64,000 nucleotides of DNA, taken from NCBI RefSeq assembly GCF_964355755.1, contig NC_092672.1, positions 25,001,337-25,065,336 of the forward strand, written 5' to 3'. The notes under the pieces are model-generated. The model was not told the origin of the DNA, did no database searches, and was given only the letters and a program-made list of their open reading frames with translations. Source of the DNA: Antedon mediterranea (Eukaryota; Animalia; Echinodermata). A program made the translations under genes and the position numbers. Shown in pieces: positions 37,040-51,774 of this stretch. Each line of letters opens with the position of its first letter. Position 1 is the stretch's first letter.

Positions 37040-38391
37040 CTAGCAATTATACCCGCCCCAGGGCGGGTTTCAAAATTAGTTTACAGCCTTCTCAGTACAT
37101 AACACCCGACGCCATGAGTATCTGTCTATACTCGCCAACCTCCACCCCTCTTCAATAACACCCCATACTCTTTCTTAAAAACAAATTCTTCTCAGTGATG
37201 GACAAATTCAATTCAACCTAAGCTTCGAATTGAGAGGTGTATGCATAGCTACGATGGGTCTAATAATGGTTAAATGGTACATTGTGTAAATGAATAGGTG
37301 TCATATTGGCTGATAATTAAAATATGTAATTTAGATACTGCGGTCCCCAGCCTTCTTTCTCCTTTCACCACCCCAGCCACCAACAAACCTTGACTCCTCC
37401 CCTGGACAGTTCAAATTTAGTAACTTTTCCTAGTACAATCCAATCATATAGGCTACTTCATTACGCTAGTATTTTCGCTCCTCCTCCCCCTACTGCACTA
37501 CACCCCAGTACAAATTATGTTATTATCACTCCCAACCCATAATCCCTCAGTGGCAGTTTTCAAATACAGTTTCCCACCCCAACCTCCCATCCGCTTCCCA
37601 GGGATGATTAAATACTTTAACATTTTCCAACCACAATTCTGGTGTAAGCAAAATCCCCACTATCCCCTGAACCCAAACGCTATCTCCCAACCCCACTCTC
37701 CCACAATGGGCGTTTTTCCCTTGGAGGATTGGTGGTGTAGTTGAACGCAGTAACGGTAAACAACGTGTGTATGTTCACACAGGAATGGATGTTTGTACTG
37801 AGACAATCCAAGAGACCGATACATAGCTGGATATGGTTAAAATACTTTGCTAAATGTGTAAATGAATAGGTGTCATATTGGTTAATGAATAAAATATGTA
37901 AATCTATATACGCCTTGCTGAGGATAATTAAAATACTGTAAAACTGTTGTAGTATAATTTTACAATTCAATAGACTACAACCCCGAGCCCTAGCAAAAAA
38001 TGACATCACAAACCACCACACCACCCCCGCCCCACCCCTCCCACCCCTCCCACAAAAAACCCAGGAGTCGGGGGAATTTTTTTAAATGTAGTTTAAAACC
38101 TTCCGGGTACAATTGCCATCATTTTAATACCCCATACGTATGGTTACGTGCAGAAACAGAAATTTTTATAACGAACAAACATCGAAAGTGGGGGGTTTGA
38201 CCACATTTTGGTCCCTAACTTGGATCCTAGGTGGCGGATGATGTTGAAATATAGCTTAGAACATTCCCAGTACAATTGCGGTCATTTTGATACCCCATAT
38301 GTAAGATTATGTGCAGTAACAAAATTTTGTATAACGAACAAACAAACAAACAGACAGACAAACAGACACACTCTCTCACTTATAATATAGA
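37040..38391 (-). mobile_element. Non-autonomous Helitron
   Basis: Minus strand: A|TCTATATTATAAG, (gtct/gttt)n near the 5' end, 3' hairpin cccgccc-tg-gggcggg, then CTAG|T; no TSD. Confidence 0.85.
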
Positions 38392-38644
38392 TATATATAT
38401 GAGAATTTTATATAAATCATCTGTAAATTATAGAAACAGGTCATATTCGGAACATGATCTCATAATCGCGTTGAGCATAGCTCATTGGCGAAAGTTCCAT
38501 ACTTTTTAGTTGTATGAAATAATGTCTTTGGCGGAATTTGAACATGCAACCTCTCTCCCACTAGACCACAGAGCCATATATGGTATTTTCACAGATTTTC
38601 ATTCTCTCATACAACAAATGATATGGACATGTTCATTATTTATA

Positions 38645-38964
38645 TATGTATTGTCCCCCTGAACAATTTTTTTTTACATTTATTTTTTGATTATGCCATT
38701 TTAATATCATATAATAGTTATCCACTTTGACCAAAACTTGGATTGGAAAAAAAATTATTTACCTGAAAAAACTGTAATTTAAAGCAAACAAGTCAAATTG
38801 CCTGCCATACCAATGGATTTTTGGTTTGGTGTCATTTTAGTGAAAACATGATTTTTTCTTCTTTTTTTCTACGCAATTGATTAACTTGATTAAAACTACA
38901 AACAACCTATGAAAGTCTGATTTTATTAATCTTCATTTTTCATGTTTTTGGGGGACAATACATC
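38645..38964. mobile_element. ~0.3-kb TIR element (Kolobok-like MITE)
   Basis: TIR atgtattgtcccc / ggggacaatacat; right end followed by ct|ttaa. Confidence 0.55.
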
Positions 38965-39850
38965 TTTAAAAAAACATAACCTAATGTCCTTGTTCTACAT
39001 GGAACCCCCGCAGTTTAAACGCGGACAAAACCACAGAAGAATAGCTTCTCTTTGTTGAGCTATACTTGCTCACTTTATTTCTATCCATCCGTTCATCCGG
39101 TAAACTAAAATAAAAACAAACAGAGAAACAATTGACACGGCGCCATGAAGCACGTCTCTAACGTATACTACGGCTTATCATACATAATTCGCCGTTAACA
39201 TGGGCATACTATCATCATTATGTCTATCAAACCTAACTAATTCATAAGTAAATAATAATATATAATATTGTCTCCACACGGAGCATTAAAGGTGTACAAC
39301 AACGTTAATACAACGTATCGCCTATTGTGCACAGCTCTCATACCATGAACAGTGACTACAACAAACCGTGACTAGCCTAATTTACATATCAAGGTATCAA
39401 GGTGCGATGTACATACATAACATGGCTCCCTGCAAAAATAAATTATGAAACTGACAGTATCATTACTTTTGCTTTGCATACACAACAATAGTGGCTCCTT
39501 GACGAGGAATTGATTACAATAATATTAACTACTGACATTCAATGATTGAAGTTTCTCCTTCATCTAATGTTCAAGCAGTATTGTTATAATTTTTTTATTA
39601 TTGAGAATTGTCCTATAATTTCACACATAAATTAATTATTCCCTCAGATTTGGAATCAAAATAAAATGTACATTGACTTAGTAATGTATTTAATAATTGC
39701 CCTGATTCAATACACAACTATTAATTTAGATTGTATACTGGCTTTTTCTTTTATCCAAATGTACATATGAAAAACATAAGCACTCATTTTGAGGACTTGT
39801 GATGAGTTGAAAAACAAATAACAATATTATCAAGTTAAAGTTCAATACAA

Positions 39851-39980
39851 TTTTTAGTCGCGTGGACGCGACTCTATAGTTCACTATGTCGGTTGGTCGG
39901 TCTGTCGGTCTGTCTGTCGGTCCGTCGGTCCGGTATCACTATGCGTTTTAGCACGCGACTTATGGCTGTTGGCCTTGTTT
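39851..39980 (+). mobile_element. Minimal Helentron/DINE-like element (same family as 9716-10792)
   Basis: tttttagtcgcgtgg..(gtcg/gtct)n..cacgcgactt..ggccttgtt. Confidence 0.7.
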
Positions 39981-42900
39981 TCGTAATAGTCAAATGAATA
40001 CAAAACAGAAAATATATGTAAGTTACACAATTTGTTTAAAAAGTAGCATGAAAACATATAAAATAAAATACATGATTAAAGGTAATGACCATTACAGGAA
40101 CCAGAACTTAAAATAAATAAATAAAATCAACAGAAATATAGAAAATAGCATATTATTTTCATCAGAAAAATTATTATATAAAAGTTTTTCTAATTAGAAA
40201 CAATGGTTAAATCAAGAATATTCCACTTATATTTGAGGTAAAACATAATTTTTTGTTTAAAATAATTGCCAAACTCTGCAATCCTCCAAAAAACATAGCA
40301 AACCTCATTTAAACAACAAAAAAGTGATTGAATAAGTGTACAACTCACTTGGTTTATCAATTAAAATGTAAATATATTTTTGTTAAATACTTTGTGGTTA
40401 AGCATCATTTTTGGGTTTAAAAAATAATTTCTAAACCTTCACTCTCGAATTAGAGGGGGCGTAATCACCAGCCCAAACAATGTTACAGTACTGTATAAGT
40501 AAAACATTTTATTTTAATTTCTTTAAAATACTAATATATTTAGATATTTTATTTGATAAAAATTGTTGGCAGCCAATAATCCAATTAAAAGACCAAGGAA
40601 TGCTTCACTTATTAATTTCCATTACAAAAATATAACAATTGTTGTGTGTAAGTTTATATCTAATACAATTTGTTTTAGCCGTATTAATTAATAATTGGTT
40701 TGTAGTGAACCATTCACTAGCTTACTTAACTCTAAATTTAAAAAGTTTAACAATACATCAATATTGATATAAAGTTGTATATAGCGAAACAACTTGAAAA
40801 TATCATGGATAACAACATCAAAAGTTTTTTGATAAATCTAGAAAAGTACTTAATAAAATTAATTGTTTTTAAATGCAGTATTAACAGAATTAGTGAGTTC
40901 AAGAAAAGCATGACAAGTGGTATGGTATGCATACATTTTTCAATATTTTTTTTTTAAATGGTTAAAATTAAGATTGGTAAATATTAAAATATAAAGTACT
41001 GTATATCCGTTTTGAAATACAAGATTAACTTAAAATTGTAATATGATTAGGTAAATAACCCATCATGAATGATTAATTCTCTTCGTATGTGAGATGGCTT
41101 ATAATTAATGAGCAACCTTTTTAAGAATCATGCTCTAAACCTTTACTAGAATTCAAATTACTAATTATATTAAGCACTTCTGTTTCAGATATAAATGAGA
41201 GACTTTATGGGAGGTAGTAATTAAGAGATTAGGTCTTTGGTATTTTTAGGTTATAATTACAGAGTTTTACACATTTTTGAAAAATAATTTAATTACATTC
41301 TGGCTAATTAGGTTTGTATCATAAAAATATTCATCAATCATTTTTTAAACATGAGGTTTATTTTTACTTTCTTTACCGGGATTAATTACAGAATGTATTA
41401 CTTCTCATTTGTTATGTTACATTTAATCTGATTGAATTTAGTTTTGTAGCATTTTTTTCTTTGAAATTTTACAGAGTGCAGTAATATTGTTGCTATACTT
41501 TTTATATCTTGAGATATTTGAACATTTATGAATTTGTTAAAGTTTATGCTTATGTTTACTAACTTTGTTTAGATGGTGTAGGTAGAGTGGTGTCATCCAT
41601 AGTTGTTTTAGTGTTTGAGTTTTTTTTCTTGAACTGCAAAAAGTATATAAAAAAATGTATCCAACATTAGAATTAACTGTATAGTTTAGACGAATCAGTT
41701 TGAGAAAGATCAAAGCAAAATGCCCCTATATCTCTATATGTGCGAAAAGGGTAAAAACCCCTTAATGCAGGCTACCGTTAGACCACCTCTGGGCCTAGTA
41801 AAATTGCAGTAATATTACCGTCACGGTCGTACTGTAAGCCTGATCTGTGTGAAGAGTCCACGATATAAGGCCTGCTTACGCAGCGAAGCATTGATAAATT
41901 TGGGACATTTTACTTGATTGAGAAAGACTGTGGCAATTATTTTAGGCCAAATTATTAGATTATATCAATATATATTTTTTTAGGTTAAATAATACAATGG
42001 AAGAATACGGGCAATAATAATAAAAATATAACAGATGTTGGTCCAAAGATTATTTAACTTGCTGTAACGTACGTAAGCCTAGGCCCTAGTTAGCATAGTT
42101 CTAGCGGGAATATCCTGTGGTGTGCGCTCCTGGTGCTAGCTCATAACAGCTTCTGATAATTAAATTTGCGTCTATTTGTAGGCCTAATAGATTTTGTTTC
42201 TGTATAATGGCCATCACGATCGGGCAGTTTTAGCACGGAGTGGTGTTGGGCATATTGCCGCAATTCTATGTGAAAAAGGCTTAATTCAGTCTGAATGGTC
42301 AGACGTCAACCATAATCAATTATTTTTTAAATAGGTAAATGATCAGAGATGTCTGAATTGTACCGATACCCGATAAAATATCAAAATTGGTAGGCCTATT
42401 GTTTGTTTAAAAATAATCAATAAGTAATTCTGCATTAGTTTTTGTAATTCTCTTTGGTTTAGAAATCGTAGGGAAAAAAGTACAATAGTTGATAAGATGA
42501 TATAAAACAATTATTAAATAGATTATGCTTATTAAATTTGATTAAAACAATTTTAATTAAAATTAAAATTTATAATAACCGCAAAATGTTCTCTATGTTA
42601 TTTAGATTTCAGTTGACTTTTAAATAAAGCCAATTATAGAATTCTTTTTTGTTTAATGATTTATAAAAAGCGAATCTCATATAGTTCTTTTGTCAATAAT
42701 AAATCTGGTTATATTTTGTAATAAAAAAAATAAATAATTGTGTTCTGAAATGTTCATAACAGTTTTATTAAATACATTATGCGTATGACAAAGGTGGTGA
42801 TTTGTTTAGAATTTCTGAATCATAAACTATCAATTGTACATTGTACCTACTTACTGTAAGTCATGACCAACATATAGTATATATGTTTAAAGATTACCAT

Positions 42901-43409
42901 TTTTAATCATTTTCCTTCATTAAATGCTTTTTCTGGATGTCGGCAGCCGGCATAAAAGTTTGTTGCCTTCATAGCCTTAGCTTTTCGAATTACAATGGAT
43001 CTCTGCGACTGCGCCTATAAATGATAATGTGTCTTAGGCATACTGTAGATCTTCACCTTGATTTTTCCAGTTCAGTGTGCATTTTTCAATCAAAATATTA
43101 TTTAAGCCAAGATCAGTTTTAAATATGTCCTTTACAAGTTGCATTGGATCTTTTCCTTGATGTCACCAAATCTTAGGCTGTAGCTTCTAGAATGCCTTTC
43201 AACTCGTAGCAATTCAGCTACACATTCATGTGAAACTATCCGTTGTAGTTTTAAATTTATCCTTAAGTTTTACTTTGAAGTTCCATAACATTTCTGTTTA
43301 GCAATGCTTGTTAGCCTTGCTTTAGTGATGCTCTTTCCTTGTCAATCCTAGTATTTATGTCAGCTGCTAAGCTACCCATTTCACCACTCAATGCATTCAT
43401 TCAACATTT

Positions 43410-43795
43410 TTTACTTGGGGTACCTGAGTCTAGGACTCTCTCTTCTTCTCCATCTACAGAGCCAACTTTCAAGTCCTACTAGTTCTTTACGCATTTCATG
43501 TCTGCCAGCTCTGAAACATATACTAGGGTAATAGGTGAACAAAGTTATAGAGAGAAAATGTTCATACTTCAATCGTCAATTATGACGTTATAAACATGGT
43601 ACCAATCGAAAAAAGTGCGATTTATAAAGTACTACTCCTCCCTTATTCGTTGTAGTACTTCTGCTCCCGGAAATAGCAAAAAATAACCATATTTGGTAGC
43701 AAGGTTATTGATGTGTATGTGACGTTACATCCCGTCTTCTGACGTCATTACAGCTTCTTTTGCTGTACCCCGAGTATCGCACATTTGTGCTTGTT
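43410..43795 (+). mobile_element. Second Helentron/DINE-like family member
   Basis: Subterminal IR tacttggggtac / gtaccccgagta, 3' hairpin gcaca-tt-tgtgc, T-run target. Absent in the paralog at ~11172. Confidence 0.7.
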
Positions 43796-45759
43796 TATTT
43801 ATAGCATGTTCAGTAGGCTCAGTTTTTTTACCTATACTATGAATTTGTGTTTTTCTTGTATTCATAGTTCGAGATAAAGCACTAATAATGTGTTATGAAT
43901 ACTCAGGCTTATATTCTTAGTAAAATGTAATGACTTTAGAATGATCAACTGTTGGGAATTAAATATTATGCAGAGCAAGTATGTCTTCACTCAGAGATGT
44001 CCATAGCACTTTAATTTTACTGTAAATAAGAATTTGAGTTCTCTACACTAAGGTTATTCACATGACAGTATGTAATAGTGATATGTAAAAGGAATTTAAA
44101 TAATAAATCATAATAATCAGAAATAGAAAAATTTATTTAATTAATACAAATTGTTCAATACAATTTAAAATATTAATATTCCTGGAGTATTATTACAAAT
44201 AGATAATCATTTCAATTTGTAGCATTCAAAATACAGTAGGAAGGTTTGTTTATAATTTTGTAATTGTATTACTCGATGGGTAGACACCCAAAAAATGTAA
44301 TTTTTTTTACTCCATCTTTGGTATTGCAATCTTTGAAAATTACCTTTTTATTCAATGAGCTTGCATGAATCTTCGACTGTCTGACGTTTTCAATTCTCCT
44401 TCTTTTTATTTAGATATATTGTTTTTTGTATCTTCTTTACAACTTTTTTATTATTTTTTCTGGGAGCCTAGGCGTAAAGTTTTTAAACTTATATAGGTTT
44501 CCTTCTACATATACAGTAGTATGTTTTTTATTGGTTATCACAAGTGTTTGTATAATTATTATTTTATGTATTTTTGTGTGGAGAACATTTATTGAATATT
44601 TATTTATTGAATATTGAATAAACAAATCAAAAAAATCATAATATAATAATTTTGTGTATGTATGCTAAAAATGCCTTAGTAAACATGTGAACTCACATGT
44701 TGTATATGAATACCATTGGGCTACTGGTTTAAATTTTGGTTTATATCTAGTAGGACTAACAATACAATTAATGTGCATTACTAGAGTAAGCTAAGCTTGT
44801 GGCATGTTTTGAAATTAAAATTACCATTTTGATTAACTGGCATATATACAGTAAATGAAATTGTGAAACTATTGTATATTGTATTGAGTATAGGTGTACT
44901 ATTTAATGTTATGATTTTCTAAAAACCAAATGATGGTTACCTCACTAATAGAGTTAGCCTAGGCATCTAGGCTTATAATAGGCCTACTAGACAATATGTG
45001 AAAAGATAATTAAATAAAATACTTTTTGTCTTTTTCTCTTTGGACATTGGAATCAATCATAAATACATTTATATTTTTTTTCTGTTACTTAGATTTTTTT
45101 CATTCATACTTCTTAAATTATGTCACTGTAGTAAAAGAATTGTCATGGAATCATTTCATGCAACATGGAAATATTGCTGTTTTAGGACATGACATCATGA
45201 CTCAGGTTTTCATAGCCATACAAGACTCTCCTAATTTTTACTAATGATTTGTATGGTTTCAGGCTTTTACTGTTTTTAATATTGTATTGGTGTTATGTGT
45301 GTCAGTTATTTTAAACCTAAACTTTTAACTGTTTATGATTTTAATAAACTTCACCAGTGTATTTTCGTTTTTGAACATGTCGTCAAAAAACTCCCTTCTT
45401 ATTTTTCAAATTTCTTAAATTTTCTTAACACACTCAGAAATTCACTGTTACAATACTAGAGCCTCACATGCCCTTCATCTTCTTTTGACTAAACTTACTT
45501 TAATTCTACACATGTCCGATATAGTTGCAGTAATTATTTAATGCACTTCCTAATGATATCACATGTACCCCGATCTCAAGGAATTGTTTTCTGTATTTTA
45601 AGTAAAAAACTACCTTTCTTCAAATCACTAGTATATTTTAAATGATTATTGTCAGCCGTTTTTCATCTCCTCTACTACAGTAGTCCAGATCCCTATGTAT
45701 TTTCGTGTGCAGATCATGGGGAAAGTGTAAACATTGTGTTTAAAATTGTTTCTAAAATT

Positions 45760-46760
45760 CATCTTTGACCTCTGACCTCAATTTGAATGTTTTGACCCAT
45801 TGAAAACAAAATGGTCATATCTTTGCAACGCTTATTCTAAATGAAATAATTTTAGTGTCAAATTATTTGGGAGATGCATATTAATATTCGTTTGATTCTT
45901 GGGTTATTGGTATTAATGCTACCCCCTACCCCAAAAATGTCTTTTTATTGCAATTTTGAAGAATAATAAAATTATATGACAATGGTATTAATGCACTGCA
46001 ATTTTTTTCATGTTAACACACATTTTGTTATTCAATGTCAGTAAACACAAGTAACACACAATTAAAATGAAAAGTGTTGAACAAATTGGAGAAATGTATC
46101 TCATTATAGCAAATATTTGCAATTTTGCAAAAGGTCAGTGACCTTTTTGACCTCTACTGACCTTAAACATGGTTCAATTAATTTTATTAAAATTCTATAT
46201 GATTAAAAAACACGAATGCTACACAACGACACCAAGATCATACTAATTAGATGTTTGATTCTTGGGTTATTGCTATTAATGTTACACCCTACCCAAAAAA
46301 AATGTATTTTTATTGCAATTTTTAAGAATAAAAAATGATAATTTGTGTATAATGAACTGCAATTTTAATCTTGTTAACATATATTTTCTTATTCAATATG
46401 TCAGTAAGCACAAGTAAAACACAATTAAGATAAAAAATATTGAAAATTGTAGATACGATATTGAAATTTATCTATATTTTGGGGAAAATTTGCATTTTGC
46501 AAAAGTTCAATGACCTTTTGACCTCTACTGACCATAATAATCTTCTGATTAATTTTATTTAAATGTTAAAAGATTTTAAAAGATGTATGCTACACAATGT
46601 TACTAAGATAATACTAATTAGATGTTGGATTCTTGGGTTATTAGGATAAATGTTACCCCCTACCCCAAAAAATATTTGAAGATAAAACACTGATGATCAT
46701 TACAAATGACGCAAGTACATACAATGCATCCCTATATTTTTCTTGTTAACATCGATTTTT
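45760..46760. repeat. Degenerate ~375-bp tandem repeat (about 2.5-3 units)
   Basis: Recurring tttgacctct..gacc (45765, 46146, 46517) and gattcttgggttatt..ccctaccc.aaaaa motifs. Confidence 0.65.
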
Positions 46761-49700
46761 TCACTCTATATGTCCGTGGGAAGAAAATGATACCAAAGAA
46801 GTTTAACTGTGGGGGGGGGGGGGGGGGGGTGCACGGTAACTCCCCTCCAGCCCATGGACTATAAGGTGACAGGGAGAAAATTAAATGAAAATTTTCTCAA
46901 TAATATTTCTCTGCTCAAATGCTGGATTGTAATGAGTTTTTAATAGTAAATGTGTCCATATAATTTATTGTTTGTTAAGTAGCTGGTCTTTTACCACACT
47001 GATGTTTAATGTGAAATGGTTAAATGTATTCAGAGTGAGATCTGACAATGTAAATTATCTTAATTAAAATCATTTACATTAAAAACTTTCAATTGTATTT
47101 ATATTATATTTTATTAATTTTAAGTGCTGTTTTTAAAATACAATTGCAGTCTACCAAATCATGGAGCTATAAAGCTCAATGAGACTAAACACTATTAACT
47201 TGTGATGTACACAGCCTATTTAATACTAAGTTGAAATGCCATTATTAGACATTTTTAATCATTGATTTATTTAGAGAAATTAATAAAACTTCACCAGAAT
47301 AATATGTTTACATTTTGTAGTAATACACTACCAACATGTATAGATAGTATTTACAATACCCATCTGAATACCTTATCCAATGTGAATACAGTGTTTAAAC
47401 AGCGAATACTGTTTTGTAATTAATTCATTCCATAAGACCATAATTTAACATAAAATAAAATAGTCATAAAATTAAATCTTCTTTATTTTAATATATTCCT
47501 CTTTTTGTTTTCTTTTGAAAAAGATTTTAATACACCAAAAAAAAAAACAACACAAATATAAACTTCTACCCTGTATACACATGGGGTCAGATCATTTTTC
47601 TATTTGACCTATTCGCTTCCCTTCAATATCTACATCCGTTGCTAGGACAGAATAATCTGTTTTACATTAATCCAAGTTAATCAACTACCACACTTTATTT
47701 CAAATAATAACATTTTTTAGCATAAATATTTTTTTTGTTAAATGGCTGCATAATTAGTTATCCACACCTTGGCGGATAACTCCTTGTGATTGTATAAGAT
47801 CATCATCAGCTTTTTTTATCTGTATTATTCTTCTTTCATTCCATATTTCATAACTTTGTAAAGTTTTGTGCACCTCCTACTTTTTAAAAACGTCAGAGTT
47901 GCGCAACATTACTTTCGCACGATTTTATGAATTTAAATGATTGATCATAGATTAAAAACCAAACGTCATTTTGTATTGACACTTTTTAAATTTAAGTCAT
48001 ATCAAGAGTAACTTTCTGTGGATTGAAAATGCCATGCGTCACACAAAGTTACGCGCACAAGATTTTTTCTTACAACCAACACATGCAATTGCTGTAACTA
48101 ATAATGCGTATTTTCATTATAAGCCTTAAAAGAATTGAAAAGTCAATTAAACCATATCAAATTTTATTTTAATGATTTTACTGATTTTGATTTTAAATGT
48201 ATTATGGCTATACCCTTACAGTACATGATGGCATATTTCACATTGACCATTCTTATTATTTTAAATGCATAATTATGGCTACTCATACATGCTGATTGCC
48301 TTCTTAACCCTATTTCACATTGACTATTCTTATTATTGTACAAGTTACTAAATGTTTTAGTTTACTTAATTCACTTCCCACAACCTTAATCAATAATCAC
48401 CTTGACAAATTTCAATATAAATTTACCTCCTGGTTCATCCTGTTTTTCATCACTGTTTTCCTCCTTGTACTCTATTTGCACAAACATACTTTGCCTATTA
48501 TATTATTCTTAATAGTTGTTGTTTACAATAGTGATGAAAGCATTAATTTTGAAAATTTCTGTAATTTCGCGTGGAAGTAATCATATTTATCTTAATTTAT
48601 GTCATGTTCATCCCACCAAAATCTGATGATGAAAACAGTTACCATGAAATTAGTACTTATGTAGAAACAAGGCTATAAAAAAAAGGATAGATTATTAGGG
48701 TTTAACAAAATATATGACATAATCAATTTTAACCGGCTGAAAACATCTATTGAAATCCTCCATACATTATGTAGAAGAGCTAACTATTGCAATATGCTTT
48801 ATTAGTTGATGCCATTCCAAAAGATTGTATAATAAGTATAATTAAGAATCATAACAACAATATGTCTGTACATATTAAGGATGAATGTATTATAACAATT
48901 AAATAACACATAACACATAACAGCAAAATGTATACTCATGCTTTAAATCAAAAGCTATTACTTCTCGTGTTTTAAACAAATGGAATGTTGCTCTCAACGC
49001 CCAGAACATAAATCCGATAAAGAATGAAAAATGATAAAATATACTAAATTATAAACCATTACATAAAATTGTTCCAACTAACTTACAGCTGTATCTGGAA
49101 ATTGAAAAAAATGAATGTTATATATGTGTTATTGAAAATGAAAAGCATATGTTCTTATATTGTATACATAACAAACATTATGGAAAAATATTGATAACAT
49201 TTTTATAGGAATAGACAATAGCAGAAGTTCATTAAAGTAGGGCCTACCTCTTTAATGCAGGCTCAGATTGTCTACAGTATATACATATATACAGTGCAAT
49301 GCTTTAAGTATCTAATACCTTGCAATTTTATATTCTTTTAACAATCATAAATCATACAGGTTTGATAATGCATTTTTTCTCATATTTGTATAATTTTCTA
49401 ACAATTTGAATAAAATAGGTGTTTATCAAGTCAATACTGTATTCAAATTTAGGAACAGCTTAATCACAAAATAATGGGATCATTATGCACTTTGTAATAT
49501 TAATAATTCATTATATGATGTATAGATACTTTAACACTTCTTTATTGTATCTTGAACTTTGTTGTTATCATTGATACAAAAATACATGAATCAGGTGTCA
49601 AGTGTCAACCATTATAGAGCATTCATATTAACAGTTAATGTTGACTGATATGATTTTACTGTACCTTTCATCTCATCTTGAAAATTAAAAAAGTAAATAA

Positions 49701-49979
49701 AAATTAATCAAATATTAAAAATAATACAAATATAAATAAGGCTGATATTGATGATATTGATTGCAATTTGCCTAATGAGGTTTGATGATTAAAATGAGAA
49801 CTCAGCAGGGTGAATTTTCAATACAAGATGTAGGCATACTGTAAGTAATATAATAACCTGTCATTCTTTTAAAATACCAAAATAAATTGGCAAATTGATG
49901 GTAAGTGCCACTTAGAAGAGTTTATATGAAAGTATTTGTATGGAAAAATTGAATTATCAATATGCATTATTATTTTTAG

Positions 49980-50078
49980 GATGGAGACACACCTCTGATT
50001 GAAGCTGCATATAAAGGTTTTCATGAAGTCTGCTTGGTCCTTCTCAATAAGGGAGCTGATGTAAATCACCAAAATGAG
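49980..50078 (+). CDS. Internal exon encoding one ankyrin repeat (DGDTPLIEAAYKGFHEVCLVLLNKGADVNHQNE)
   Basis: tttttag|99 bp|gtact, phase 0-0; excellent ankyrin consensus (GxTPL..AA..G..EV..LL..GADVN). Confidence 0.92.
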
Positions 50079-51111
50079 GTACTTTCACACATTGTATTTC
50101 AAACATTTTTAAATATAGGTGGCCAGTACAATTAAATTAATAATTTATGTTTAGTGTCATTGATACTGGGATTGTAGGATAATTCAAAGTTAGTACTATT
50201 TCAAAATCTAGACTATTAGTATATTTAAATTTGTTTGAAAATGTATACCACAAATATTTGTTGACATGTGCACAACAAATAGTTTGTTTATTTTGCTTTG
50301 TTATCCTATTTTGTAAAGAAATTAATCAGAGCCTTATCATTAAGCGTTTACATTATTTATATATGCAGTATGTTTATTTTCACCAGTCAAAATTGCTAAA
50401 TTATAGCAGTTATCCTGCTATACTTTATTTGCACAAGTAATTAGCATTGTTTACATAATAGATTAATCAACTGATAACGTGTGTACTACAAGTTTTTTCA
50501 GCATATCCTAACTTCATTTCCTATTCTCCCAATGTAAAGTTTAGCAGGCTAACTCTCTCGTGACTCTGGAGAGTTTGCGGACGTAAGCTCCATCACTATT
50601 CTTCCAATGTAAAGTTTAGCAGGCTAACTCTCCTGACTGAGAGTTTACAGACGCAGCGCAAAGCTCATTTCATAAAGTTTAGTTTGGCAGGGCGACATGT
50701 GACATGAGACTGTATTTTAATAATAATTCATTAGAAAATAATTAATAGGAAACTTATATTTTAAAGATGTGACCTATACCAATTCAAAATTACAATAATT
50801 ACTATGTTTTGTTTTAAAGTTAAAATGTGTTTATCGTGGACGACGTGTGAATATGTTTTTGACCCGGGCTTCCTTGTCCTTTGTCACTAATAATAGAGGC
50901 ATATTTGCATAGTTTAAAATAAATACGCAATAAAATTCATATAAATAAAGATTATATTATATAATATATATTTTATATTATTATATATTAAAATGTATTT
51001 CAAAAATAAGCTCAGATGCCGGTGGTGAGCAAAATATGCGCACTAAAAATAACTTTGGAAAACACCCACCCTAGTTTCAAAACAAGATCGCATGTCACGA
51101 GGTTAAAATAA

Positions 51112-51774
51112 ACGCTGTGTTTAGGATTCCTAAACCGGAACTCAACTGTCTACCGTTAGGGAATCCGACACGCTATTGCGCATGCCCAGAGCTCTGGGAA
51201 GTGAATTATAGCTTGTGCCACACACACACACCACACTACCACTGCTGCATGCTGAGAGTCGGAGTGTTAGGATTTACTGTAGCCTAATTAGTCGTTGCGC
51301 GAGCAAGAGAGCGATGGATGAAACTTGGCCTAGGCCATACATGAATTAATAATTAAAATACGACTACGTCACGCGTTAAAATAATTATTATGATATTAAT
51401 AAGAATCAGTATCTATCTACCGTGAGAATCGTAATGCTGTTTTTAGCGTTGCGACCACAACTTCCCGAACAGTTTTTTCACATCCACGCGGTGGCTGCCG
51501 TCAACAAATTAACTTGTGATTGCATGTTATCAAAGATAGTGTAGTAGGAAGATGTTACACTCCCTATTCGTTCAATGCAAATAAAAGCGAGACAACATGG
51601 AGCTAAATTTAAAGGGCGCCTAGCACGTCGAGTAGGGATACGGAAGGTTATTGTGGAAATAGGCTATATAACAGAAGAATAATATGACTGTAAAATTAAG
51701 ATTTAATACGAATTAACATATACAATGTACTGTTGGGCAGTTGAGTTCCGGTGCCGTAATCCTAACCACGGCGT
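51112..51774. mobile_element. MITE-like element with ~40-bp imperfect TIRs
   Basis: acgctgtgtttaggatt..accggaactcaactg versus cagttgagttccggt..aatcctaaccacggcgt; TSD not clear. Confidence 0.5.
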
